A DNA stretch of 64,000 bases, from positions 416,001-480,000 of the forward strand of contig CBDEFO010000004.1 in assembly GCA_965237525.1 (NCBI GenBank), in the 5' to 3' direction. Each line of letters begins with the position of its first letter. Within the stretch, counting starts at the first letter, position 1. Shown here piece after piece: positions 1-9,648 of this stretch. This stretch comes from Candidatus Latescibacterota bacterium (GTDB lineage: Bacteria; Latescibacterota; CBDEFO01). Below the pieces are notes generated by a model that did no database searches, was not told the DNA's origin, and saw nothing but the letters and a program-made list of their open reading frames with translations. A program made the position numbers and the translations under genes.

Positions 1-141
1 ATTGTGCCTGGAATCATACTTCTTGGGGTTGCTATCTACCTATTGAAAGACGGTCGTTTCCTAATGGATTTGGCCTACGGGCAAAGGATAAGAGGATCAG
101 TTTCAGATAATACATCGGAGTCTTCAACTCCTTTGATCTGA
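1..141 (+). CDS. 3' end of a hypothetical membrane protein (partial)
   Basis: Open frame from base 1, IVPGIILLGVAIYLLKDGRFLMDLAYG...PLI*, with a hydrophobic stretch; starts outside the window. Confidence 0.4.
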   Translation: MVPGIILLGVAIYLLKDGRFLMDLAYGQRIRGSVSDNTSESSTPLI

Positions 142-191
142 TCGTTCTCTCCAATTTATAAAGCGGGTAGTTTGGAGGATAATTCAATCCG

Positions 192-362
192 ATGCGCTTA
201 GGAAAAGTAATAGGCTCTGTCGTAGCCACGCGGAAAGACCCTAATTTAGAGAGCATCATGCTGAGGATAGTCCAGCCGCTGAATCATAGGGGTGACAAGA
301 TCGAAGAGCCTCTGGTTGCCGTGGACATGGTCTGTGCGGCCCACAAGGAGACGGGAAAATGA
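192..362 (+). pseudogene. Truncated 5' copy (56 aa) of the eutN/ccmL gene at 766
   Basis: MRLGKVIGSVVATRKDPNLESIMLRIVQPLNH...HKETGK*; 168-354 aligns with 742-928. Confidence 0.85.
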
Positions 363-673
363 TTGTAACGAACACAGAAACAGTTCCCGGCAGAGAGATT
401 GCAGAAATATTGGGCGTTGTTCGTGGCAATACGGTACGGGCAAAGCATGTTGGTAGAGATATTCTGGCTGGCTTAAAGAGCATCATTGGCGGTGAGATTG
501 GCCAATACACACATCTCCTTATTGAGGCTCGCGAAGAGGCGTTCGAGCGTATGGTTCAAGAAGGACAGAAGCTGGGTGCAGATGCTATCGTGAATGTGCG
601 CTTTGTTACCAGCATGATTGCCTCGAGTATGTCAGAATTGCTAGTTTATGGGACCGCGGTAAAACTTAAATAA
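359..673 (+). CDS. YbjQ/UPF0145 family protein
   Basis: MIVTNTETVPGREI...GRDILAGLKSIIGGE...GADAIVNVRF...YGTAVKL. Confidence 0.9.
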   Translation: MIVTNTETVPGREIAEILGVVRGNTVRAKHVGRDILAGLKSIIGGEIGQYTHLLIEAREEAFERMVQEGQKLGADAIVNVRFVTSMIASSMSELLVYGTAVKLK

Positions 674-765
674 CAGGAACGAGGCGACTTCACATAACTC
701 GGGCTTTACGGCTCACTACGTTTGACTCAAATTGCCTTCGATAGTCTGGAGGATAATTCAATCCA

Positions 766-1053
766 ATGCACCTGGGAAAAGTAATAGGCTCTGTGGTAGC
801 CACGTGGAAAGACCCCAATTTGGAGAGCATCAAGCTGAGGATAGTCCAGCCGTTGAATCATCGGCGCGAGGAGGTCCAGGAGCCTTTGGTGGCTGTGGAT
901 ATGGTGGGTGCGGACTATAAGGAGACGGTATTTTATGTGACGAGCCGGGACGCTACGCACGCTCTCCCGAACGTATATGGGCCTGTGGACGCGGCTGTGG
1001 TAGGAATCGTGGACAGAATTGATGTAATGCAGAAAGGTAATGAATCGCTATGA
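766..1053 (+). CDS. EutN/CcmL family BMC vertex (pentamer) protein
   Basis: GKVIGSVVATWKD...VAVDMVGA...PVDAAVVGIVD; GGAGGA RBS. Confidence 0.92.
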   Translation: MHLGKVIGSVVATWKDPNLESIKLRIVQPLNHRREEVQEPLVAVDMVGADYKETVFYVTSRDATHALPNVYGPVDAAVVGIVDRIDVMQKGNESL

Positions 1054-1520
1054 TAAGAGCGCTAGACTTGATGTCAATTGCTCTGATTTTCTCCATGCTG
1101 ACTGGCTGTGGGAGTTCTCCGGCTCTGAAAAAGAGGGTAGATGACCTGACAGCGGAAGTGGAAAGGGCGCAGATAGAGAACACGATTTGGAAGGAGCAGA
1201 TAGCGGATCTGGAAGGAGAAATAGAGAGTCTGCGGTCGGCAAATAAACAGTTGAAGGAGAGTCTAACTGAGGCAAAGGCTGAGGTAGAAGCGCCTAAGTT
1301 GGAAGGTGAGCAGGATTTGTTGGAGATCGAATTGGGGGAAAAGTCCGCTATTGTAAAGCCGGCTGCCAAGTCTGAGGCGGATGCTTTGAGGGAGAAGCTC
1401 CTGAAGGAACGGGAGCAGAGGCTCAAATCCGATATACAGAAGGAGATGGAGAAGTTGGAGCAGAAGGTAAAGGGAGTCAAAGAGCCTGAGAAGGAAGAAA
1501 AAGAGGAGAAGAAAGAGTAG
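1050..1520 (+). CDS. Putative lipoprotein with long coiled coil
   Basis: Lipobox LTGC; E/K-rich heptads. Confidence 0.7.
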   Translation: MIRALDLMSIALIFSMLTGCGSSPALKKRVDDLTAEVERAQIENTIWKEQIADLEGEIESLRSANKQLKESLTEAKAEVEAPKLEGEQDLLEIELGEKSAIVKPAAKSEADALREKLLKEREQRLKSDIQKEMEKLEQKVKGVKEPEKEEKEEKKE

Positions 1521-1523
1521 ACT

Positions 1524-2450
1524 ATGATCCTAAGGCGTTATTTTACAGCTCTCAAGATCGCAGCATCGTTAGGAATTCTGGCTCTCATCGTCTTCAAGGT
1601 GCGTCCATCTGAGATCGTATCTGTGTTGGGGAACATGGATAGGGGTCTATTAGGTTGGGCGGCTCTTCTGTTGATCCCTAATCTGTTGATTCAGCTCTTA
1701 AAGTGGGGATATTTAGCCAAGACACTCAAGCCCAATGTGACAGTTGCGGAGATAGTTTCTTCTCTATTTGTGGGCATGTCCTTGGGGGCTGTGTCGCCCG
1801 CAAGGTCGGGGGAGCTTATGCGTGGATTGTGTATAAAGGATCAAAGCCCGGTCAGAATAGCGGGACTTGCCCTTATTGATAAGCTGTCGTCCTTCGCCGT
1901 GACTCTTATAGCGGCGATATTGGGCCTTATCATCCTCTATCCCTACATTATCGTCCTGCCGGGACTTGCGGTTATCAGCGTCGTAACGTGGGGGTGCTTC
2001 AACGTCGATCGCCTGGGGGACAGGTTAAAGGAAAAATTTCCAAATTTTCCCTTCAAGGAGAGGATATATCCACTTCTGGAGAGCTTTAACGTGCTGAACA
2101 ACAGGAGAATCTTATATATCCTGAGCTTGTCCGTTCTTTTCAACCTCACATTTTTTGCGCAATTCTACCTCTTGGTTCTCTCCTTTACAGATATATCGCT
2201 GAAAGCCGCTGCGTCTGTGATACCCTCCATATTTGTGATAAAGAGCCTTTTTCCTATAACTTTTGTAGATCTGGGAGTCAGGGAGGCCGTCTCTGTTCTG
2301 CTGCTTTCCAACTTTAACGTGGAGGGCGTCTACGCTTTTAACGCTGCCTTTATGCTGTTCCTTATAGATGTCGCAGCGCCGGGAATTGTGGGGAGTGTCC
2401 TGATCCTGACCCTCAAACCTGAGAGGACACACTATAGTGAAGATCGCTAA
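1524..2450 (+). CDS. Lysylphosphatidylglycerol synthase TM / flippase-like (UPF0104) membrane protein
   Basis: Multiple TM helices; SPARSGELMR, DK, LGVRE motifs. Confidence 0.8.
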   Translation: MILRRYFTALKIAASLGILALIVFKVRPSEIVSVLGNMDRGLLGWAALLLIPNLLIQLLKWGYLAKTLKPNVTVAEIVSSLFVGMSLGAVSPARSGELMRGLCIKDQSPVRIAGLALIDKLSSFAVTLIAAILGLIILYPYIIVLPGLAVISVVTWGCFNVDRLGDRLKEKFPNFPFKERIYPLLESFNVLNNRRILYILSLSVLFNLTFFAQFYLLVLSFTDISLKAAASVIPSIFVIKSLFPITFVDLGVREAVSVLLLSNFNVEGVYAFNAAFMLFLIDVAAPGIVGSVLILTLKPERTHYSEDR

Positions 2451-2709
2451 GGTCATTGGCAGCGTCGTATCTACGATAAAGAACAGAGCTTATTCGGGAA
2501 GGAAGTTGATGATCGTTCAGGCTCTGGACAGGGATCTTGAACCTCAAGAGGAGACGTTTCTGGCGGTGGATAGTGTAGGGGCAGGCGAAGGCGAGACGGT
2601 GCTTGTCATGAGTGAGGGGATCGGAGCGAGGCAAATATTGGATCTTGAAGTCGCGCCCCTGAGGTCGGTGATAGTTGGAGTGATAGATTCGGTAGATAGA
2701 GAAGCTTGA
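2437..2709 (+). CDS. EutN/CcmL family BMC vertex protein
   Basis: KVIGSVVSTIK...AVDSVGAGEGETVLV...IVGVID. Confidence 0.93.
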   Translation: MKIAKVIGSVVSTIKNRAYSGRKLMIVQALDRDLEPQEETFLAVDSVGAGEGETVLVMSEGIGARQILDLEVAPLRSVIVGVIDSVDREA

Positions 2710-2712
2710 AAA

Positions 2713-3534
2713 ATGAATTCGGCTTACAGGATAAGAAAAGAGATTTTAGAGGTCTGCAAGAGGATGTATGAGCGGGGATATGTGGTGGCAAGCGAAGGCA
2801 ACGTGAGCGCAAAGATTTCTGACGATCGGATCTTATCGACTCCGAGCGGCTTTAGCAAGGGATTCCTAAGTGAGGATCAGTTGGTCCTCTGCGATCTGGA
2901 TGGGAGGGTAGTATCGGGCGGATTGAAGCCGTCGTCGGAGATCAAGATGCACCTTATGGTATACAAGGAGAGAGCAGATGTGGCTGGTGTGGTTCACGCT
3001 CATCCACCCTATGCGACAGGCTTTGCGGTAGCAGGTATCTCGATCAGAGAATGCGTTCTGCCTGAGGTTATTCTGCAGTTGGGCTCGATCCCATTGACCA
3101 GGTACGGCACTCCCTCTACGGAGGAGGTCCCTGAGTCCGTACGAAAGTACGTGCACGATTATGACGCTCTTTTGCTGGAGAACCATGGTGCTCTGACAGT
3201 GGGTAAGGACCTGATGGACGCCTACTACAAGATGGAGACTGTGGAGCATTCGGCTCAGATCATCTACATCGCCCGTCAGATGGGAAACGTAAACGTCCTT
3301 TCTTCGGAAAAGGTTCAGAGGCTTATCGAGACGAGCTACAGACCCGGAGAGAGACCCGCAGACCTTCTGTGTGAGACAGCGGAGGAGGGCTCTCAAGATT
3401 CCTGTGAAAGTGGCGATCAGGAGGTGGATCAGGAGACTATACGAGAGATAGTGCGGCGGGTGATGGACCAGCTAAGAGTAGTAGATAATAGTCAGCAGAC
3501 AGTAGTCATGGGCAAACACGCGCGTCGCCCGTAG
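2713..3534 (+). CDS. Class II aldolase/adducin family protein (FucA-like) with putative C-terminal encapsulation peptide
   Basis: EGNVS, TPSG, PSSEIKMH, HAHP, LLENHG; amphipathic tail DQETIREIVRRVMDQL. Confidence 0.9.
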   Translation: MNSAYRIRKEILEVCKRMYERGYVVASEGNVSAKISDDRILSTPSGFSKGFLSEDQLVLCDLDGRVVSGGLKPSSEIKMHLMVYKERADVAGVVHAHPPYATGFAVAGISIRECVLPEVILQLGSIPLTRYGTPSTEEVPESVRKYVHDYDALLLENHGALTVGKDLMDAYYKMETVEHSAQIIYIARQMGNVNVLSSEKVQRLIETSYRPGERPADLLCETAEEGSQDSCESGDQEVDQETIREIVRRVMDQLRVVDNSQQTVVMGKHARRP

Positions 3535-3600
3535 AGATGAATGTAGGGGGAAACCCACGAGTTCGCCCCCAGTAGACAGAGACACCCCTCCCCTCCTGTG
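3477..3600. repeat. Composite intergenic repeat: AGTAGAC-like motifs plus a degenerate GTAG-type REP
   Basis: agtagataatagtcagcagacagtag; gtagggggaaacccacgagttcgccccc; cagtagacag. Confidence 0.6.
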
Positions 3601-3738
3601 AGATTCCTTCGGGATAGCACGCCTGGCAAGGACTAGACGTTTCAGAAGCTTCCACCGTGAGCAAAAAAAGCAATTTCGTAGACAGGAATTGCGAAGGAGT
3701 GGGGATGCCCTGTATGCTTTCTACTGTTTGAAATCTGC

Positions 3739-4998
3739 TTATATATTTGGGATAATGTCGAAGGTAAGAGTAATTCCAGACACCGATCTTTCGTAGGCTA
3801 TGGCCAAGAGTCCGGAACCTTTATAGAGGATCAGAACATCGCGTCCGACGAAATTGTCGTTTATCGCAGCCTGATTCCCCATGTTGGAGTACGGATAAGC
3901 TCTGGCGATTTCCGCCTCTTTGTCCGCAAGGCCCAGGACCATCTCTTTTAAATTCAGACGTCTGTCAATAGGGGCAAATTGCCTAAACCATACGACTTCC
4001 TGGACAGTGTACCCAGCTTCGACGTAGCGGTCTACGTCATAGTTCCTTCTATATCCTGTATCGAAAGATAAGACCTCTGTGTCGGGATAGAGTTTTCTCC
4101 ACATTCCCCACGTAGTCTGAACTATAGGAAGCATCGTAAGCTCCTTTTCGCCCATGCTTCCAGTCAGATTGGTAAACCCCATCTGAGTCCAGTAATCCCG
4201 ATTTTCTCTGTCATATATAACCACATTGTTGTTGAAGAGTGCTCCTGTGTTTCCGAACTCTGTCTCTGATGCGTCAAAGTTGACGCCTGATGCGGTCAAG
4301 GGACAGTAGGTCACGGATATCTTCTGTCCGCCGACCGAATGATTTACTATCTCGTGCCAGTTCATAATCCTTATGGGGTAAGCTTTGGCATCGCCATTGA
4401 TGGCTACTCCCAGGATTATGTCGTCGTCGAAGAGGCCGAACGATTCATCTGCATTCAGAAAGAGGGGGGAATCTAAAGGAGGGCTTGCATCTTTTGGGAG
4501 ATCCTGAAATATTTCGCCGGGGGAAACTTCTCTGAAGACCAGATTTTCTGAGGATGTTCCATCAGAACTCCATATCTGAGTGCCCTGCCAGAAAGATGCC
4601 CAGGCGAACCAATATGCACTGTAGGCTGCTATCTGTTCGAGCCGCGCTCCTTTAAGGGGGCCGCTTTCAGCTTCGCCTTTGATGTTCCAGACGGTTCCGG
4701 TCTCTTTATCTTTGATCCTGAAGGGAGAAAATGGGAGGACTGCAGATTCGCCAGTTCCACCGTCTTCAACAGGGATCTGATCTACAATATCTCCACCAGG
4801 CTGGGGAGCTTCTGAGTCAGAGGGAGTTTGATTGGTATTATCAGACTCAGGTCCTGGCGACAGGATATCAGTACCTGTGTCTGTGCTACTAACTCCGCAG
4901 GAGATGGAGAGAAAAATAACAGGTACACCTAATGCGGTCAAGAGTAATCTTAGGATCGTTATCCGCTCCTTTCGAGAAGCTACGATCACTCCCCCCAT
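3739..4998 (-). CDS. DUF3179 family lipoprotein, apparently circularly permuted
   Basis: AKAYP...WHEIVN...VTYCPL...YDRE..WTQ; lipobox-like SISC. Confidence 0.85.
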   Translation of the reverse strand: MGGVIVASRKERITILRLLLTALGVPVIFLSISCGVSSTDTGTDILSPGPESDNTNQTPSDSEAPQPGGDIVDQIPVEDGGTGESAVLPFSPFRIKDKETGTVWNIKGEAESGPLKGARLEQIAAYSAYWFAWASFWQGTQIWSSDGTSSENLVFREVSPGEIFQDLPKDASPPLDSPLFLNADESFGLFDDDIILGVAINGDAKAYPIRIMNWHEIVNHSVGGQKISVTYCPLTASGVNFDASETEFGNTGALFNNNVVIYDRENRDYWTQMGFTNLTGSMGEKELTMLPIVQTTWGMWRKLYPDTEVLSFDTGYRRNYDVDRYVEAGYTVQEVVWFRQFAPIDRRLNLKEMVLGLADKEAEIARAYPYSNMGNQAAINDNFVGRDVLILYKGSGLLAIAYERSVSGITLTFDIIPNI

Positions 4999-5026
4999 AA
5001 TCGCGCAATTTATGAGCTTTAAATTA

Positions 5027-5875
5027 TTACTCCTCTGCTAATCTATTCTTCAGCCACATTATAATCGCATTCCTAACCCCTTGGATTGCCAACGTTGCGA
5101 TGCCGTGGGCATTGGTATCGCTAATCCCTATGGATCCCCTCGGTTCTGATGTAAGCGGCAGCATGTTGTCGACCATAAATACAGAACCTGAATCATCTTG
5201 CGACGCTACAAAGAGAATAGAACGAGGATTGAAGCTCCCAGCGTCGGCTCCCACAAACCGGGGCGCGATCAGGATGGTCTCTCCTGTACTTGCGCTCTGC
5301 AAAGCTACAGGTGAAATTAAAACAGCGGTCTTGATCCCGCTGAAAGACCCTGAACTTACATAAGCGACATTGGCTCCTATATCCTCGCCGATAAGGGCGA
5401 TTTTGTCCGTATCTACCTCAGGTTTGCTAAAGAGCCAGTCTAAGGCTCCCTTAACATCCAGAGGCGTGTTTTCCAGATCCTGTATAGTCAGGGTGCAAGA
5501 TAAAAAATCACACGAACGACCGCCAGGATTTTGGCTTTCTCCGTGTCCTCGAAGATCTATCCGAAGCACAGCGTATCCGCCCTCGAGAAGCTCAGTCCAA
5601 AGAGAACTTAAGATCCAATTGTCGCGGTCGGAGCGGAGTGAGTGAAGGAGGATCACCGCCGGGAATTTGTCTTTCTCCATCTTGGGAAGGGTCCAGCCTC
5701 CAGATATTGTAAGATCATCGCTTGTGGAGAACCTGACGGTCTTTATAGAATATGCGCCCTCTATTGGAGTACCGCTGCCAGGTGTCAAGGGGCTTTCTTC
5801 ATCGTCTCCACAGCCCCATATGAATCCCATGCTTACGGAGAACAACGATAAGAAAACGAGCTTTCTGAATTTCAT
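5027..5875 (-). CDS. Alpha/beta hydrolase lipoprotein with GEDIG at the nucleophile elbow
   Basis: AVILLH, IDLRGHGES, IALIGEDIGAN, HG; lipobox IWGC; start refined to MKFRK. Confidence 0.8.
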   Translation of the reverse strand: MKFRKLVFLSLFSVSMGFIWGCGDDEESPLTPGSGTPIEGAYSIKTVRFSTSDDLTISGGWTLPKMEKDKFPAVILLHSLRSDRDNWILSSLWTELLEGGYAVLRIDLRGHGESQNPGGRSCDFLSCTLTIQDLENTPLDVKGALDWLFSKPEVDTDKIALIGEDIGANVAYVSSGSFSGIKTAVLISPVALQSASTGETILIAPRFVGADAGSFNPRSILFVASQDDSGSVFMVDNMLPLTSEPRGSIGISDTNAHGIATLAIQGVRNAIIMWLKNRLAEE

Positions 5876-5988
5876 AATTAACATTCCTGCCGGTTGTGAG
5901 GAACAATTAAAAGCGGGAGACCCCAGACCCACATGGCTTTTTAAAGCAAGGTCCCTTCGGTAGAGCTTAAGATCTGTAGCTGAAGGTT

Positions 5989-6866
5989 CTACAGACTGAT
6001 GTTATAGGAAATTTCCCCTAAGAACTGAGCGCCCGCTGGAAAATTTAAGCCTTTTACAGGCAATTTCAAAGAAGTTTCTATATTCACTCCCATTACAGGA
6101 CCCAAGATTATCCCCTGCCCCATATATATTATCTGACGGCGAGCTCCGCTGGTGCTTATGCCTGAGTTTTCAGGATCCCTTCCAAATAGGCCTGAAGTTG
6201 TAGCTTTTAACCCTATCCCATGAAGTACGGTGTATCCTATCTCTGCAAGGAATACAAACTCATCTCCCGGTTTGAAGTTGTTAGTGTCGTTTTCCTGCCT
6301 GGACCTATAGCCGATGTCCAAATTTACATATCCGGGGATAGGATAGAGAGATCTTCCGATCTGGAGGAAATACCCCACATCCCATTGTCCTTCGCCCACA
6401 GGCAGTGCAAAGATGTCGTTGTCGAACTTTCCTACCGGGGCTTTGACCCCTATTTTGACCGTCACGACGGCTGGCTCAGACAGAACGTTATATCTTCCAA
6501 AGAATCTTATGTCTCCGAATCCAGCGCTAGATATATCTGTAACTGCTATGTTACGGAGGCTTTCCTCAAAATCCAACCTGAAGTAAGGTATCTGAGTCCC
6601 TATTTCTAACCTGTCGGTCAATGCATAGGATACATCCACTGATAGAGCAGTGGAGATGTTCTCAGCGTCATCGGTGAAAAGACTTAAAGGGACTTTCTCT
6701 CCGTCTTCACAGGTCTCTCTTTCGGGACAGAATCTCTCTTTGTCCGATTCGTGGAAGAAAGAGACTTTAGCCCAGAGACTCTTCTTCGGAAGGGTCCACG
6801 CCCCTGCAAACGAACTATCAGGCAGGAGTAAAAGCTTACAAGGATCGGAGCTATATGGAATCTCAT
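5989..6866 (-). CDS. Outer-membrane beta-barrel of 'transporter' type, with a 1-nt frameshift in the signal peptide
   Basis: The 5989..6639 frame stays open upstream (AGAWTLPKKSLWAKVSF); one extra T in the T-run near 6830 joins it to ATG 6866; GFGD..F..RY motif. Confidence 0.7.
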
Positions 6867-7039
6867 TATGTTGTATTGGTCTTGGGAACTTATCCTTTAG
6901 GATCCCCTTCCACTACGGACAATCTATATTAGCTGACGCACAAGCTGATTCTTAGTTTCAGCAGAGCAGATTAGGCACGCGACCCTTACTCCATAGCGAC
7001 GAAAAGCCTTCCTCCTTTTGGATCTTCAAGAATGATCGG

Positions 7040-7699
7040 TTACTTAGCTCCTGACAGCACCTCCTTTCTCTTTTCCTCTATCTCCTTCATTTTGCTTTCT
7101 CTATCAGCCTTTGTCAATTGGGCCTCTCCCATTTTCTTGCGTATTTCCGTTATATGGCTTGTATCGCTTATTTCCTCTTTGTAGTCCTTCAGATCCTTCA
7201 TGGCTTCGTCTAACTTCTCAAGCTCATCCGTCAAGTCGTCAGGGAAGAGGTCAGCCAGGAATCCCGATCTGTCTATTATCCAGGGGGCGATTACTGAATC
7301 TCCTATGATCTGATCGGGATCATCCGCGTATGCGTTAATTAAAAATAGTGTCACAGCTACTAACATGATCACTTTAGCGAGTCCGACTACCCCTCCTAGA
7401 ACCTTGTCGATCGGCTTTGAGAGCACCCCAAGGATTCCTCTGAGTAGAGTTGTGACCGTCTTTAGGACGATGAATATAATGATGAAAGGGACTCCTAAAC
7501 TTAAAAGACGAATCCCGAGTCCCGGCTCTCCGAATAGCTCTTCTGCCCAGCCTTGAGGGATCTTCTGGATATAAGCCGCTATGATGATTGCAGCGATAAC
7601 GGATACGGCAGACATCAAGTCTTTGAGAAAGCCCCTGAAGAGGCTGTAGATGACGCTGATGACGATTGCTGCGACGATTATGGCGTCTATTTTCCCCAT
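7040..7699 (-). CDS. cvpA: CvpA (colicin V production) family membrane protein
   Basis: IDAII...RGFLK...IDKVLGGVVGLAK. Confidence 0.85.
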   Translation of the reverse strand: MGKIDAIIVAAIVISVIYSLFRGFLKDLMSAVSVIAAIIIAAYIQKIPQGWAEELFGEPGLGIRLLSLGVPFIIIFIVLKTVTTLLRGILGVLSKPIDKVLGGVVGLAKVIMLVAVTLFLINAYADDPDQIIGDSVIAPWIIDRSGFLADLFPDDLTDELEKLDEAMKDLKDYKEEISDTSHITEIRKKMGEAQLTKADRESKMKEIEEKRKEVLSGAK

Positions 7700-7847
7700 A
7701 GGATATGCCCTGTCCGTCTGTATATGAACCTGGTGGTTAAATGGGAACATGATACTTCTTTGCCAATATATCTATTCTATGGGCATTTGTCAAGGATTAA
7801 TCTCCACGATGTTACCAAATAACATCCTATTAAGAACGTATTTTGAC

Positions 7848-7876
7848 TTGACAAAAGCCAGGTTATCTAATAATAT
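7848..7876 (+). promoter_or_regulatory. Sigma70-type promoter of hrcA
   Basis: TTGACA-17 nt-TAATAT. Confidence 0.75.
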
Positions 7877-7891
7877 ATGGTGTAGAGTATC

Positions 7892-7918
7892 TTAGCACGC
7901 AAGATGTGAAAGTGCTAA
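7892..7918. promoter_or_regulatory. CIRCE element (HrcA operator)
   Basis: TTAGCACGC-N9-AAGTGCTAA versus consensus TTAGCACTC-N9-GAGTGCTAA, just upstream of hrcA. Confidence 0.92.
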
Positions 7919-7961
7919 GGAGCCGAGCGCAAACACAAAAAGACCAAAAGAGGCATACCTT

Positions 7962-8991
7962 ATGGATGATGTATTATCAGGGCGGGAGAAAACTATCCTT
8001 CACTTTCTGGTCGACGAATATATAGACAGGGCTGAACCCATTGGATCGAGGGCGATATCTCAAACCGGTTCTCTTGGGGTGAGTCCAGCTACAATCAGGA
8101 ATTCTATGGCTGACCTGGAGGAAAAAGGCTACGTCCGCCAGCCTCATACGTCTGCGGGCCGGATCCCTACTGATAAAGGCTATCGGTGTTATGTGGATCA
8201 TCTTATGGGAGATGGGATATTAACAAGCACTGAGAAGTCTTTGATCAGTCAAGCGGTGCGTTCGCACATCAGGGAAGGTGATATCGAAAACATCCTGGAG
8301 CAGGTATCCAAAGCTATCGCAGATGTATCGAAACAGCTAGGTATCGCTCTGGCTCCCCGCTTTGAAAATGGCGTACTTGAGAAAGTTGAGTTAGTATCGT
8401 TCACAACTTATAAGCTCGTTTTAGTACTTAAGGTTGTGTCTGGCCCTATCAAGACGGTCATAGTGGAGTTAGATTCCAGCAATATCGTCCGATGAGCTTT
8501 TGGAGACCGCTGGAATATTAAACGACAGGCTCTCTGGACTTTCAATAGGTGAGATCAGAAGATCTATAAAGGACAGGTTCAAATCGGTATCCAGAGGAAA
8601 TCCTAAACTGATCCAAATAGTAGTTGAAGAGGTTAATGTCCTTTTTAATTTCGTTGGTCTAGGTAGACTCTACCTAGACGGAACCACCAATGTTTTTATG
8701 CAGCCTGAGTTTAGTGATAGCGAGAAAATATCAGACCTTATGAATCTTTTGGAGGACAGGGAGTCCGTTGTCTATATGCTCCACAAGAATACAGATGAAG
8801 AAGGAATCTCCATAACTATCGGTCATGAAAATAGGGCTGAGGGGATGGAGATGTGCAGTATGGTTAACTCTTCCTATGTTGTCGGCGGGAACGCCGGCAT
8901 TATAGGATTGATAGGCCCGACCAGGATGAAGTATAACAGATTGACAGCGTTGGTTAAATACGCGTGCGAACTGACGAGCAGTCTTCTATAG
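7962..8991 (+). pseudogene. hrcA: Heat-inducible repressor HrcA split by a +1 frameshift (real or sequencing error)
   Basis: SPATIRN.MADLEE.GY..QPHTSAGRIPTDKGYR; GPTRM.Y; removing one A at 8481-8482 fuses the two ORFs. Confidence 0.9.
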
Positions 8992-9023
8992 TAAGTTAAG
9001 ATATCGCGGAGGTTGGATGCAGA

Positions 9024-9617
9024 ATGGCAAAAGAGACCGATCTTCAAGAAGAGCAGGAACAGGATGAGGAGACGCAAACACGAAAGGTAAAATCAGACCT
9101 TGCTGACGATTCTGGGGACACGGTAGAAAACACAGAAGGAGAGCAGGAAAGTGAAAAAGATAAACTCAAAGAAGAATTAGATAAGATTAAGGCACAGGCA
9201 AATGGGCATTACGACAGATGGATTAGATTGAAAGCGGAGTTTGAGAATTACAAAAAGCGCACCCAAAAGGAGTTCGCAACGCTTATCAAGACGGCAAACG
9301 AGGATTTGATAGTGCAGTTGATCTCTGTTTTGGACAACATTGAAAGATCGCTAAATCACGTCGAAGATGATACGGATCCGCAGGCTCTCAAGAAGGGAAT
9401 CGAGATGATATTGGAACAGTTCAAGGGTGTCTTAAGCAAAGAGGGACTCCGGACGATAGAGTCTTTGGGTAAACCCTTCGATCCCGATTTCCATGAAGCC
9501 GTAATGCAGTTGGAGGAAGAAGGGCAGGATTCGAGCACCGTGATCGAAGAAGTTGAAAAGGGATATATGCTCAAGGATAAGGTAATCCGCCATGCAAAGG
9601 TCGTGGTAAACAAATAG
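9024..9617 (+). CDS. grpE: Nucleotide exchange factor GrpE
   Basis: RLKAEFENYKKR, FDPDFHEAV, KGYML.DKVIR.AKV. Confidence 0.96.
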   Translation: MAKETDLQEEQEQDEETQTRKVKSDLADDSGDTVENTEGEQESEKDKLKEELDKIKAQANGHYDRWIRLKAEFENYKKRTQKEFATLIKTANEDLIVQLISVLDNIERSLNHVEDDTDPQALKKGIEMILEQFKGVLSKEGLRTIESLGKPFDPDFHEAVMQLEEEGQDSSTVIEEVEKGYMLKDKVIRHAKVVVNK

Positions 9618-9648
9618 CAGGAAGAACCTATTAAACGGACATAGTTGA

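Noticed and set aside
3739..4998. Selenocysteine in the DUF3179 protein
   Set aside because: No in-frame TGA in the ORF
6828..6834. Programmed frameshift or phase variation at the 1-nt indels
   Set aside because: Runs are short (2-4 nt) with no slippery heptamer; error or decay is more likely
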